DNA of 64,000 bases from Chlorokybus atmophyticus (Eukaryota > Plantae > Mesostigma and Chlorokybus algae), in contig RHPI01003169.1 of the NCBI GenBank assembly GCA_009103225.1, forward strand, positions 62,001-126,000, read 5' to 3'. Every line of letters begins with the position of its first letter. The first letter of the stretch is position 1. Positions 49,200-61,082 of this stretch are shown here, piece after piece. Position numbers and translations under genes: made by a program. The notes beneath the pieces were generated by a model. That model worked only from the letters and a program-made list of their open reading frames with translations. It was not told the origin of the DNA and did not search any database.

Positions 49200-50916
49200 C
49201 TATAGATTGACGGGTGCAGCTGCAACAGTGCTGCGCGAGTTTGCGGCTAGCGAGATGAGGCTATGCGAGGCCTGCCACAACAGTTGTGAGAGATGAGGTT
49301 AACAAAACACTGGCCAAGAGGCACCCTGTTGTAAAAATGCGCGAGCATGCAATGTGCAAGCATGACGCAATCACGAAAGCATGAAAGGAATGCAAGAACT
49401 GCATGCAGTGCGCCATTATTGCGCAGCCTCATCACGCAGGGCGAAAAGGCAAGAAGGCTACTTCAGTGTCAATTAAGCACTGACACACTCTATGTGCATA
49501 AGTACCACCATGCATGCGACTGCTGCACGCAGTCCACCTTGACAAGTTGGAGCAGATGGAGTTCACAGGCATGCAGAGTGTTTGCATATATGCACATGCA
49601 CAATACAATGGAGACGATGATGCCTTCTTGCCAATGACATGCAGACTAAGCACAATGCATGCATATGCAAAACTGCATGCTAAACGAACAAAGATGCACA
49701 CATAATGATTGGTCCATCCAACCCACAGTCCAACCTGCAGGATGTCCAGACGGCAGGCTCGACCGTGCCACGAGGTGCAGACCGCAGCGGCGGCCCAAAC
49801 ATGGGAGACGCGAGCGCGAGAGGCGCGCACGAGGGCCACACGTGCGCGCGGTCGTACCGCCAGCACCTCTGCGTCCCCTGGGCCCGCACCTGAATGTGTT
49901 GTATACAGCTTGGCATGTGCCATGGCACCAAACCCACGAACCAATTTCTCAGCCTTCGTGCATGGCATGCACCAAGAACAGTAGAGCACTCGATTGTGTG
50001 CTTCATGTTCATGAAGCGACCAACTCATAGCAGCCCTTTGTGTGTAACCCTGTGTTGCTACATTTGAAAGAGCTAGTCGCTTCTGGCAGGTTCACTCTCC
50101 TGCACTGTCCCAGTGAAGGCTTGCAAGCTTGCACAACCGACAGCTGATTACATCTTGCACAGCAACGCGAGAAGCCATTAAGCTGCGAGCTATTGCAAGG
50201 AGCTGCAAGCTTACAACAGCCGGTTGCACGAGCTTTTAACGCCTTGCCGATGAAGGCCAGGAGCTATAAGCTTGTACAAGCTCCAAGAAACCAACGAGCT
50301 GCTGCTTGTCGATGCAAGTGATTCCTGTCTTACACCCAGAAGGGGTTGCTAGCTCGCACGAGAGAAGCGCTGTATGCGGGTTGCAGGCACACCAAGAAAG
50401 CAGCAGGGAGCAGCTATGAAGCTACAAGATACTGCGATGAGGTGCAAGTATGTACACGGCTTAGACAACTTGCAAGCTTACAAGAGCTGCAAGAAAGCAT
50501 GCACACAAGCAGCAACGAGTTGCTGCTTGTGTGCATGCTTTCAGCTACTTACAGTTGAGACCTGAAAGCTTTACAAGCTAGATCTGGCTGGTCACGCAGT
50601 TGCTTCCGTGGCCGCGCAATGCACAGTGAAGCGAGGCTGGGCATGGAGGTCTACGGAGGAAGGAAACATTACCTGCGAGGCCGAGCTGGCGAAGGGCGTA
50701 GTCAAGGACAAGGGCGGCAGTGTCCTGGCTGAAGGGCTCCACACCCGGCCCGGAGTACTTCACCAGCAGATAGCAGTGCGGGCTTCGCAGCGTCACCGTC
50801 CTCTGCGGCGGACCTTGCCACTGCTTCCCCTCCTGCTCCCCCTCTTCCTCCTGCTTGGTGTCCTGTTCTTCCTGCCTGTTGTCGTCCTCGTCCGCCGCCT
50901 CTGCTGCGCTGTCCAT
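49200..50916 (-). CDS. RPP14: RNase P/MRP subunit of the Rpp14/Pop5 family, 3 exons (50916-50673, 49889-~49735, 49271-49200)
   Basis: CYLLVK..ALRQLGLAG|..VALVRASR..VWAAAAVCTSWHGRACRLDILQ|ASHSLISLAANSR. Exon phases are consistent. Confidence 0.7.
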
Positions 50917-50977
50917 CAGCTTGATCTCCCGCTGGACCTCTACTTAGGACAAATTAGCAGCGACACTTTTCTGTCCG

Positions 50978-50996
50978 TTAGGGTTTTGGCGCCAAA
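50978..50996. promoter_or_regulatory. Overlapping telo-box and palindromic E2F site in a 244-bp bidirectional promoter
   Basis: ttagggtttt overlaps tttggcgccaaa between the divergent ATGs at 50916 and 51161. Confidence 0.5.
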
Positions 50997-51160
50997 GGCG
51001 CCGGCGGCGGCGGCGGCGGCGACGACGCTGGCGTGGGTGTCGTAGTTGTCAGGGCCGTGAATCTGGGTGTCGGTAGTGAGGTTGTCGGCGTGGGTGTTGC
51101 GTGAGAGTTTTGGGCATGTAGGTAGGTTGGGCCTTGGGTTGGAGGTTAGTGGAGGCTAGC

Positions 51161-53775
51161 ATGGTGCGCAGCTGCAGACGAGGAGCGGGTGTTGCAGGGT
51201 TGCTGCTGCTGCTGGTGCTGCTGGTAGTGCAGCTGTCTTTGCCGTCGCATGGAGCTCCGGTGCGGCTTTCACCACCGAAAGGCATGTCGTCAGCGTCTTA
51301 ATCAGTGCTAACGGCGTCGTTCGCTTTGGCACGATATTAAAGACGGCTTGCATGTTGCAGAGGAAGAGTTTAGTGGTTACTTATGGTCGCTTCGGGTTGC
51401 ATGTGTAGAGCGCACGTAAAGTTTTGGCAAAGAGTTTCCGAGTGTGCGAACTACCACGCACGCACAATCTCACCTCGCACAACGGTCATCTGGCGCAGGC
51501 TTGGTCACCTTTGGTTTTCATAGTATCTTTCAGGAGTGTCCATCGTATATTGGTCTGTGCGGTATTTCTTGGATGCAGTCCCGTGGCAGGCTGCAGTATT
51601 TCTTGCACGCAGACCATAATTGCTGATATCAAGCACCATCAGCACTAGGTGCATGCAAGCTTGTGTCTCGAGCGTCAGTATCGTGCATATCATGGCGTAA
51701 TTGTTCGGGTGGCACTTGCACCAGGCTGATGTGATATGCTATTGTTGAACTGCCACATTTACTGTGCACGTCTTACATGCGCACACCTTTCTTGCACAAG
51801 CAATGCACAAGCTCACTGGTGAGGTGGGTGCTTGCAGAGGTTCACATAAGGGGTCAACTTCAGCCATTGGTGCGTTCGGATGAAATTGCAACCGCGAAGG
51901 GGAATCTCTTGCACAGCTATGTCATTCCTCGAAAATATCGTCTGAGGCAGCCCTGGCGTCTGTTTCATGAGGTACACGTGCGCGTGCACGTTTCCATATT
52001 ACACAACATATCCAGGACAAGACAACACGTTCACCTGCGGCTGTTGCTGCTGCTGACTTGCCGTTGTGCATAGTTACGAATAAGTACGTCAGAAGTGGCG
52101 GAAACCCTACGACCTAAGATTGAAGGAGTAAGCATTACGTGGCTTGGTTGAGCTCGACTGCATTGCCTTGCTGGCTATGAGGTGCTGATCCTGCAGCCCC
52201 TTTGTTGCACCAGATTTGCGTAAGCACAAATGCCAGTGCAGCAGAGGGCGGGTGCGTCCGGTTGTCAGCACGCCGTGATGTATATCATGGCAAAGCGGCA
52301 TTCAGCGAGTCGCCATACGGAGATCCTCTGTACTTGGACATCACCTTGAACGGTGCTTCGGGTTACTACCACCTCGGAGTTGTGGAGGGTACGCATGCTG
52401 CTAGTGTTGAGTATACGCGGTGGGGGACAGGATGCCAAACCATCACCTTGCTGCTTTGCAGAGTTCGCTAGATGGCGGTTGCTAAGTCTTGTTGGAGGGA
52501 TGGCGCTTCTTGCGTTGGCTCCTGTCCTGTCGGCTTCCACGCCATTTTATTACACGTCCGGCATGACGTTCACAATTGTTGCTTTGGGCCTCATCATCCT
52601 GTATCAGGTGCGTGCAGCCTCCTCCAAACCTCAAGCAACCTACCTGCATTGCGCCAAGCCACTATGCTCATACACGCATCTGTTGTTCGTATACAGGTTC
52701 TTAGGTCCATACCCGGTGTTGGTAAGCGGCCAGCCTTTGTTATCACCAGCGGCGCCATGGTAAGAGTCTTAGTTGTTGCCAGGGTGTGAAGCCCTTGCAG
52801 CAAGCCGTCGCTTTTCATTGGTTCAGGTGTCCATGGCAGCCATGTGACTGGTGTGCATTGGGTCAGGTCACAATTTGTAGCTAATCATTGTTTTCACTGT
52901 TTAGACAGCAGGTGTGGCGTGGCTTAAACGCAACTACCTTTGGGTACTGCACCAATTGGGTTGGGAGGACTTGCCAAGCTACGCTATCTATGTCATCTTT
53001 GCGTTTCTGTTCATTGGGGCAGCGATCGGCTTCTGGCTGGTCAACAAGTACGTAGCTGCCTGGTGCTTTAGAACATTCACTCAAGCCACAGGAACAGACT
53101 CATCTGCTCTGGAGTGTGACTGTTGGGGCATGCTTGGTAGGTTTCTGATGGATAAGGACGGTCCCAAGCGGGAAGTGCAGGACTTTGTCAAGTGGGGAAT
53201 GCGATCGCTCGCGCTCTTGTTCATGTTCCAGTCGACTGCGGACACACCTGCAGCTGTGGCGATTGTTACAATAGCGCTTACTAGTATGATTCCATACGCG
53301 AACTCGATCTACGGCCTCATGTTTGGCGCTGGGTCGAGGATTATGGCAACACTGGAAAGGCCTAAGGCGAAAGAGCATTACCCGCCCCCAGAAGCAGCTG
53401 CTGCGGCCAATGGACATTGGCTTTCAGAAGAGGAGTGGCGAGAGCAGGGCGAGGTAACGCAAGTGATACTTGTGTTGCTTACCATTCAGCCTATCAAGGA
53501 GTGCTGAGTAGTTAGCTGAGTATGTGGCAAAAGCATTGCTGCCGACCGACACAATGCAATGCATGTGCGGCTGGCCAAGCTGGTTTCATGACAATAGAGA
53601 TGAAGTATGGCTGATGCGTGGGTTGGTGCTGCAGATATGCACCGCTGCGCAGGTGGAGAAGCTGATTGCATCCCCAGAGTTTGTCAGATGGGCCAAGAAA
53701 CACCATCGTCGCATAAGTACCACACGCGATTCATTAAACGATGACTCCAGAGCACTGTTCAAAGAGGACTCGTGA
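51161..53775 (+). CDS. NEMP: Nuclear envelope integral membrane protein (NEMP/TMEM194 family), multi-exon
   Basis: Signal peptide; LLALAPVLSASTPFYYTSGM; several TM segments; WLSEEEWREQGE..LIASPEFVRW. Confidence 0.85.
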
Positions 53776-55752
53776 CAGTGTGTAAGGTTGTCCTGTGGCC
53801 ATGCAGACCTTGTATAGGTGAATATTCAAGCATACGCCTATTTGCCTCCGGTGGCATGGGTGAGCATATTTGCCAGCAGTGCTTGCAGTGGCCACTCATG
53901 CATGCAGTGTTATTGCATATGCATGCGCATGGCCGTTTTTAGCGTTAACAGGACCGCGGCGTGTGGTTCAAAGGCGGCTTTGCAACTCCTGGTTTACCTC
54001 CTGCTTATAATTCTCATCAGTTGATTATCATTCCAAAATCCGTGTGGAATCGAGTTGTGAAGGCATGCATGTCCATTGCATGCGTCTGTACTAGCAGTGC
54101 AGGACTTGTAGATGTTGGCAATTACCTTGCCATGTTACAATGCTTAGAACTTGTTACAATTAGTACGCTGTAGGGTATAACAGAGGGGCCACAAGCAAAC
54201 AAGCAGACACGCAACAACCAAAGCAGTATAGACCACCACAAGGCACATACAACTAGCTAGCTATGGGGCTGGACCTATGTGCATGCAAGGCAGGCAGTGA
54301 GGCAGGCAGTAGGCAGGCAGTAGCAGCTATGATCGCCCTGCCAAACTACCTGCACAAGGTAGGAGGCAGGCAAAGGCTTGGGTGAGGCAGTGTGACACCG
54401 GACGGCAAGGATGGCAAGGATGACAAGGACGACGACGATAGTGCTGATGCATTTGGGGTGTCGAGTCAAGTGCATTGCACCTGAAAATCACATCACTGTG
54501 GCGACCAGCTTCACGTATGCAGTACGTGTGAACGAGAGGAAAGGTGAAATGAATAAAAACAGATTTTCTATATGTTGGTGATACTCACAGTGACAGTAAG
54601 TGATGATGACTGCAAGAGACCGAGCTACGTACGGCAGGATGCAACAACGTTGAGCGTGCGTCACATCGCTGTACGAAATGCGGGTGATAAGGCTCGGATT
54701 AGGTCAGAGGTGAGGTGATCGGGTGATCGCGCGACACGGATAGGGCAGGCCGCTTGGGACCTCTGTACAGACGGTACCTACAAATGCTTCAACGTACATG
54801 CATTCACACTCCAACCCTGTAATTACAGTCTAACCTTATAGATAGATGTATATTCGAGAAGTGCATATCCACGATAAGTGCATGGTTTTGCCAAACACCA
54901 ATGCACTCTATTGTTGGTACAAGGCAATGTAAGTGCATATCCCAGATAAGTGCATAGAAAGCGGTCGTCTCGATGGTATGCACTTATCGGAAATACATTG
55001 TACACTCGTTTCAAGCACAACCTCGATCCAAGCACATGCTTTGCGGGAACCAACGTGCACAAGGCAAATCACTCCCCTATCTTAGCACTATCACACTCGA
55101 TGTAAGCACCCTCGATCACTGCCTTTTGTGACTTCAATGAGAGTAACAAAGTTATAATGCATTGTTTATAGATGAATTGTTGTTTACGCGCAGTTGTGTG
55201 TACACAGATGCACAACATATAGGCTATGTGCACGAACATGCATGTGCATACACATACATACTCACGTGTGTGTATGTGTGCGTGCGTGCGTGCGTGCGTG
55301 TGTGTGTGTAGGTTTTATGAGTGTAGCAAACATTTGAGTTACACCCTATCTAAGTATGACATATATACAAATTCAAAAAAATGTGCATTATACAGATTGA
55401 TATGTATACATGTATTTCGCATACTATTACATATACATATACCACGATTTATATAGCTTTGTATACATATGTGAATACATATATACATATATGTGTACAT
55501 AAACAGATATATACGTGTGTGCACACATATGTGCACATATATACATATATGTGCATAGGCATGTAATGGATTCCCTCGATCTGGGCACACAATGTGCTTA
55601 ACAAGGTTCTTGCAGTAGTCACAATGTGCTGAGTTTGAAGGTGTCAAACCTCGCTGTAAGCACAAAGTGGTTGATTACCAACGATGTGCTTTAATCGAGA
55701 GCAGACTGTATGTGAAAGCCTCTACAATACAATACCTGTGTAATATGGTAGG

Positions 55753-57720
55753 TGTGTATGAGCTCTCACGCGATGCAAGATGTATATAAAAAAGGTTGCT
55801 AACTTTAATCTTACATTAGTGTGCAAAGTTGGGCATGTATTGTAACACTACGCTATGTCCTCTTTAGTGGTAGAAGTTGTAACAGGTTCAGCATTTGTCT
55901 GTACTTGTGTTGGCTGCGAAGGGCGTACCGATGGCAAGAAAACGATATTCCGAAAAGCAGACCAGGGTGTTTCGCGTAACCTTACAATCAGATGCATAGT
56001 ACGGTCAAGACAATGTTAGAACACAGGTGCCATGTAACCGTGTGATTGCTACATGAATGCAATTGGACGGTAATGATCAACTAAAGTTGCGCAATCGAGA
56101 CAACACAACGCTTACGCGCGACGGCGTGATTGATGTATTATACACATTGTAAGTTAGGGTATGGTGGGAGGGTCAACAACAAGCTCAGCGCCGCCGCCGC
56201 CGCCGCCGCCGCCGCCGTCGATGTTGCTCTGCTCAAACACAACAACTACTACTACTACGACGACGGCGTGCAAGCTTGCAGCTCCGGCGCTCTGCAAGGT
56301 ACGTTGCGTCAGCTACCGAGTGCGCGGCTCGGGGCTGTGACATTGACAGAGGGTGCAGGCTTAGGGCGCGTTCAACGCCAATGTAACGAGAAGGTACACT
56401 AGATTACCACAAATCGACCATAAAAGCACCAAGTCTTTTGTGGTCGAGTGGGCTGTGACATTGGTCATCGGAGCTTGAGACCCGGGTTCGATTCCTGCCT
56501 TGCACACGAATTCCGCGGTCGTTGTTTCTCGATCCAATAACATCGTGAATGGTCACTTTATAAGTGCCATCATCGATGGGTCGCAACTTGCATAATGGCA
56601 GTCGCACCGAACTGACCAGTTCAGTCGGCGCGGCAGGGCACGACCTGCCTATCGCGGCGACGCGACCTGTTGGGCCGGCAGCGGCGCGCTATGCGCGCGT
56701 TGACCGGTATGGGCCTAAATTGGCCGGTCCTTGGGTGGTGGGGCCGGTAACCGACCCTGAATCAGACCCCTGGGAACATTCCCCAGCTGATGAGCGCCAG
56801 CTGCCGAGGACGTCAGCGTTCTTGAATGGGGGGGAATGTAACGGGAAGGTACATTAAATTACCACAAATCGACCATAAAAGCACCAAGTCTTTTGTGGTC
56901 GAGTGGGCTGTGACAGCCCGCCTACATCCTCTGCGGTGGCAAATTCACTGACTGCCAATGTCACGCGCTGTCAGCCAGTGACGTCGGCAGGAGTATTGGC
57001 CAGTGTATGAGCTCTCACGCGATGCAAGATGTAAATCATAATGGTTGCTAATTATAACCTTACACTAGTGTGCAAAGTCGGGCATGTACCATGACACTAC
57101 CGTCTGTCCTCTTCAGTGGTAGGAGTTGTAACAGGTTTGGCAATCGTCTGCACTTGTATTGACTGCTACCCTCCCTCTCAATGTAAATTAGTAGACAACA
57201 CTACTTGGAGGGAACAAACGCGTTCTAACCAATACTCGATTGCCCACATCACTGGCTGACAGCGCGTGACATGTACGTGTATGAGCTCTCACGCGATGCA
57301 AGATGTAAATAACAATAGTTGCCAGCTGAAATCTTACACTAGTGTGCAAAGTCGGGCATGTCCTATGACACTACGATTTGTCCTCTTTAGTGGTAGAAGT
57401 TGTAACAGGTTTAGCAATCGTCTGTATTTGTGTTTACTGCTACCCTCCCTCCCCCAATATAAGTTAGTAAACAACACTGCTAAAAGAGAACAATTGCGTC
57501 GGTACATGCCCCAAAGCTATCTGTCGAGACATTGCATCAAAGTTCACATGAGCGGTTGCGTCCACCAGCAATCGTTTTTATTTGTATTGACTGCTACCCT
57601 CCCACGCAATACAAATTAGTAGACAACACTGCTAGAAGAGAACAATTGCGTCTGCACATGCCCAAAAGTTATCTGTCGAGACATTGCATCAAAGTTCACA
57701 TGAGCAGTTGCGTCCACCAT
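55753..57720. repeat. Dispersed/tandem direct repeat blocks
   Basis: A ~165-bp unit starting gtgtatgagctctcacgcgatgcaagatgta at ~55753, 57003 and 57276. A second ~140-bp unit tandem at ~57430 and ~57585. Confidence 0.8.
56382..56915 (+). mobile_element. TRIM: LTRs 56382-56460 and 56837-56915
   Basis: 79-bp tgtaac..gtgaca repeats with few differences. PBS tggtcatcggagc. PPT gaatgggggggaa. TSD not clear (gccaa vs gcccg). Confidence 0.85.
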
Positions 57721-57779
57721 CAGTGTTACTCACGTCACATGCGCAGGCACGGACTTTCCACAGTCCCTTTAAGCCAATG

Positions 57780-58700
57780 CGAAGCGCGACGCACACGGCA
57801 ATTGCACGTCGGCAATGGGACTCTACTGCAGCGCAACATGCAGCAACGGGCCATGCTCGCCTTGGCCGATGTGGAGCGCATCAGTGCTGGAGCTACTCAT
57901 GAGAATACACACGCTCGGCGGGAGCTTGTGTGGCAGGAGTTCATGGGCTACTTGCAAGCACTACATGTTGCCATAGAAGATGTCACTCCTACAGTGGTGA
58001 CGACCTTTTTAGCCGGGCATTGGAACAATGTGCACATCGACAAAACCCAGCGCAAGGATAAGGATGGTGCACTTAAAATATTCAGCAGCACCACCAGAGA
58101 AACCATTATGCATTTGAGCGCTGGTTTCAGGTGGCATGGTGGAGTGGGCCCGTGGAGCACAAATCATCCCGCAGGCAACCCTTGCGAGTCTGTGGTTATG
58201 CATGAGTATCGCGCTGGCTATGCCAAAGTGACCGCTCAAGCTGGCGTGCAGCCCGTGCCTGCCATACCTTTAGCTCATGCCGACATGCACATACTGGTAT
58301 GCTACTTTCAGCAGCAAGTGCAGAGTACTGGACTAGTGCGGGCCACCTAAAAGCGCAGTCCTCTGTCGTAACTACGCATTGTGCATGCTTGTGGTGCATA
58401 TGGCAAAGAGGTAGTGGAGGTGCCCGCATAAAAATGGAACATAAACTGATGGACGGCACAGAAGTCTTTACACAAGCCACCCATCTTAAGAACTATAGTA
58501 CAGGGCGGGTACCACCTATTAAAATTCGCAAGAGCGACTTGGGTGTGGAGTTCTGCGAAGTACTGGAGCTGAACTTGAGCCAGGTACATGAGAGCCCCTT
58601 TAGCATCAAGAAAGGCCCCATCTTTCGTCCGCTAGCCCGCAACAAAAAATAATGGGAGGAGCGCAGTATCAGCGGTGATTGCGCATCTCATGCATTCGTT
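57780..58700 (+). pseudogene. Tyrosine recombinase remnant of a DIRS/PAT-type element
   Basis: GVGPW..PAGNPCESVVMHEYRAGY, a motif typical of DIRS/Crypton recombinases; GPIFRPL. Catalytic residues not confidently seen. Confidence 0.7.
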
Positions 58701-58879
58701 AAGCATTGCCAAAGATGTGGCATCTATCGCCCTCACCTGGGACTGCACTTATTCTGACGAGGTGGTGCGCAGCATGCGCTACGCACGGGTGTATTTTTGG
58801 AAAACATCTAAGCTCAGGGGTTGTAGTACTACTCCTTGGTAATGAGCGCAAAGTATGCATTTGTACTTGCACAACAGGT

Positions 58880-61080
58880 ATGTACCTCTGGTTCCCATGT
58901 GATGTAAGCCACAACATACGGATAGGATGCCGGGTTGATGGTATTGTCGGTTACTCTAGCGCCTTTCACAAACCAGTCCTTGTGCTTGCCCACATGACGC
59001 ATGTCTTGCTTGCGCCAAGCCGTGCCAGCAAGCCACCATACAGCAAAGTGCCATTCTGGCAGTAGCACAATAGCTAGCATTTGATAATGCTGAAATAATG
59101 CGATTACTTGCAAGAGGGCGAACGGAGGGTGAAATTATAACAGTCCCTTGCCTGCCTTTATCCAAGCTTGCCTCCAATCGGAGGTGAGTACATTGCCCAC
59201 GCTGCCCGGCATCGGCACAGCTGACATGCACGCTGCAGATTTGGCATTGCAGTCCGCTGCAAACACATCCAGACACGCTTGCCTAATATGAACAGAATCC
59301 ACGTTGTGGGTGTGTATGCCGGTGCCCAATCCCTTATGCCCGGTAGCTTAGAGAGCGCATCCTCAGGTGCCAAACTCGCACGTGGCTCTCAAACCATAAA
59401 GACCGCAAAATCTCTTTGTTAAATGTTGCCATCAACGGTGGAATGCCAATTGCACAACTGGGTGCGATGCTATTAACTTTGTCAGATTGGCCACGGCGGG
59501 CTACAATCGCCAACAATCCTCATAGTGGCATGATGCAACGCTAGTTGCTATCGTATTAACTCCAAACTGGCAGCTACACATGCCGATGCCTCCTTCACTG
59601 CTGAAGGCAGCCCTTGTTGCCAAGGAGCAAAGTTCCCCACCATCGCCGCCCATGGGCTTGTAGCACCCCAGCCCACGGTGCCAGATGCATCCACGTGCAA
59701 CTTGTGTGCCACTAGCGGCTTCTAGCACGCCGAGCCATTATATGCCGGCATGCGTCGCTGCAGCCACAACAAGAAGTCTATTAAGAACGGTAGTGGTGTA
59801 AACTCCTCATCCCAGTTACTCAGATCAGTGGTAGCAGCCAGCGCGCTTACAAGTATGCGGGAGCAAAGGCGAAGTTCATTGCCACCAGTTTGCATGTTAC
59901 CTTTGCCAACATGCGCTCGGTGATCACATTTGCGTTCATCATCTTGTGCGTCAGCTCTAATAGTTTTCGTAGCTTGTCAGGGGGTATGCTGAACACACCA
60001 CGCTTGGTGTCCAAGATCGGCCCAGCCGCTTGACACACAGTTGCAGCTAGAGCACGCACTTCTTTAGGGTGACAAACATGCTTAGATCTTTCAGCAGCCG
60101 CAATAATCGCAAGATGCGCCAGCAAATATAGCGACGATTGGCATGGTTGAGGTGCATGTCAGCAATGTATGATAAACAGCCTATGCCGAGGCTGGGCAGC
60201 CCAGCTTGCGCAAGGGTGAAAAGATTGTGGACATCAGCTTTGTAAACAGCCAACAGGCTTGGTTGAGGCCAAACGATAGCATATGCTGTTTACAGAGCTG
60301 ATGTCCACAATTTCAACGATATTCAACTCTTTCCAACTCCATTGCGAAATAGGGCTTGCTACCTGCATGTGTTGGCACATAATGATGGCCTGACTTCAAG
60401 TCCGCTGTTATATGGTAATAGCCTTTGCATGTGCAGCAACGCATCCTCCAAGTGCTGAACTGAAGGAAATGTGTGCCAAAAAGGCATTAATGTATCTCAG
60501 ATCCATGATGAGGCGCAGGCGCTTGCCGCTTTCGTTGTCACCCACTTCAATTTCGGTAATCACCTTCACATCTCAAGGGTGTATAGCGAAAATCGCTCCT
60601 GAGCGCATCAAATTGTTCTCCTCGTGCACAAATGCTCGGTGCTGTGTAGCTGCCTATCGCGCAATCTATCTACTTGAAGTTGGAGCTTCCCTTTGCATCA
60701 TTGCCTCTACATAATCGGGAATGCAATCCTCTTGCAGCAACATCTGCTTCACCTTTGCCCATTTCTTCGGCTAGGTTGCTGATGTGCCCACCCAATCCAA
60801 CTTGTGTCCTTGACTCGACCAGTGTAGCACATGACGCTTGTTATCTTGCCCAGTGATAGTCAACCACGTGCCCCACGCTGCTTGCCGTTGACAAGGTGTA
60901 GCAGCCATAAAGTGATGGCTATTTAAAGTTGCTGAGCGCACACCGTGCTGCCACTGTTGCTTGTCACACTTAGGATCCATAGGCTCATCCTGCACCATAT
61001 TAAGCTCACGCCAGAGGTCACGCACCAAGTGCTCTTGCTCAACATCTGAGCACAACACCTTCGCATTGGCGGCTCCGCAA
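58880..61080 (-). pseudogene. DIRS-type RT - RNase H - adenine-methylase-like (MT) remnant
   Basis: KRLRLIMDLRYIN, DLKSGHHYV, LSFGLNQACWLFTKLM, YIAD, FSIPPDK; MT: LDVFAADCNAK..FHPPFAL..IVLLPEW. Confidence 0.8.
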
Positions 61081-61082
61081 GC

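Noticed and set aside
50120-50580. AGCT-rich degenerate repeats in an intron
   Set aside because: No period, TIR or TSD could be defined.
54840-55000. gataagtgcat direct and inverted motifs
   Set aside because: Possible MITE subterminal repeats, but no ends found.
56776-56830. ctgatga as a hammerhead core
   Set aside because: No matching GAAA or stems.
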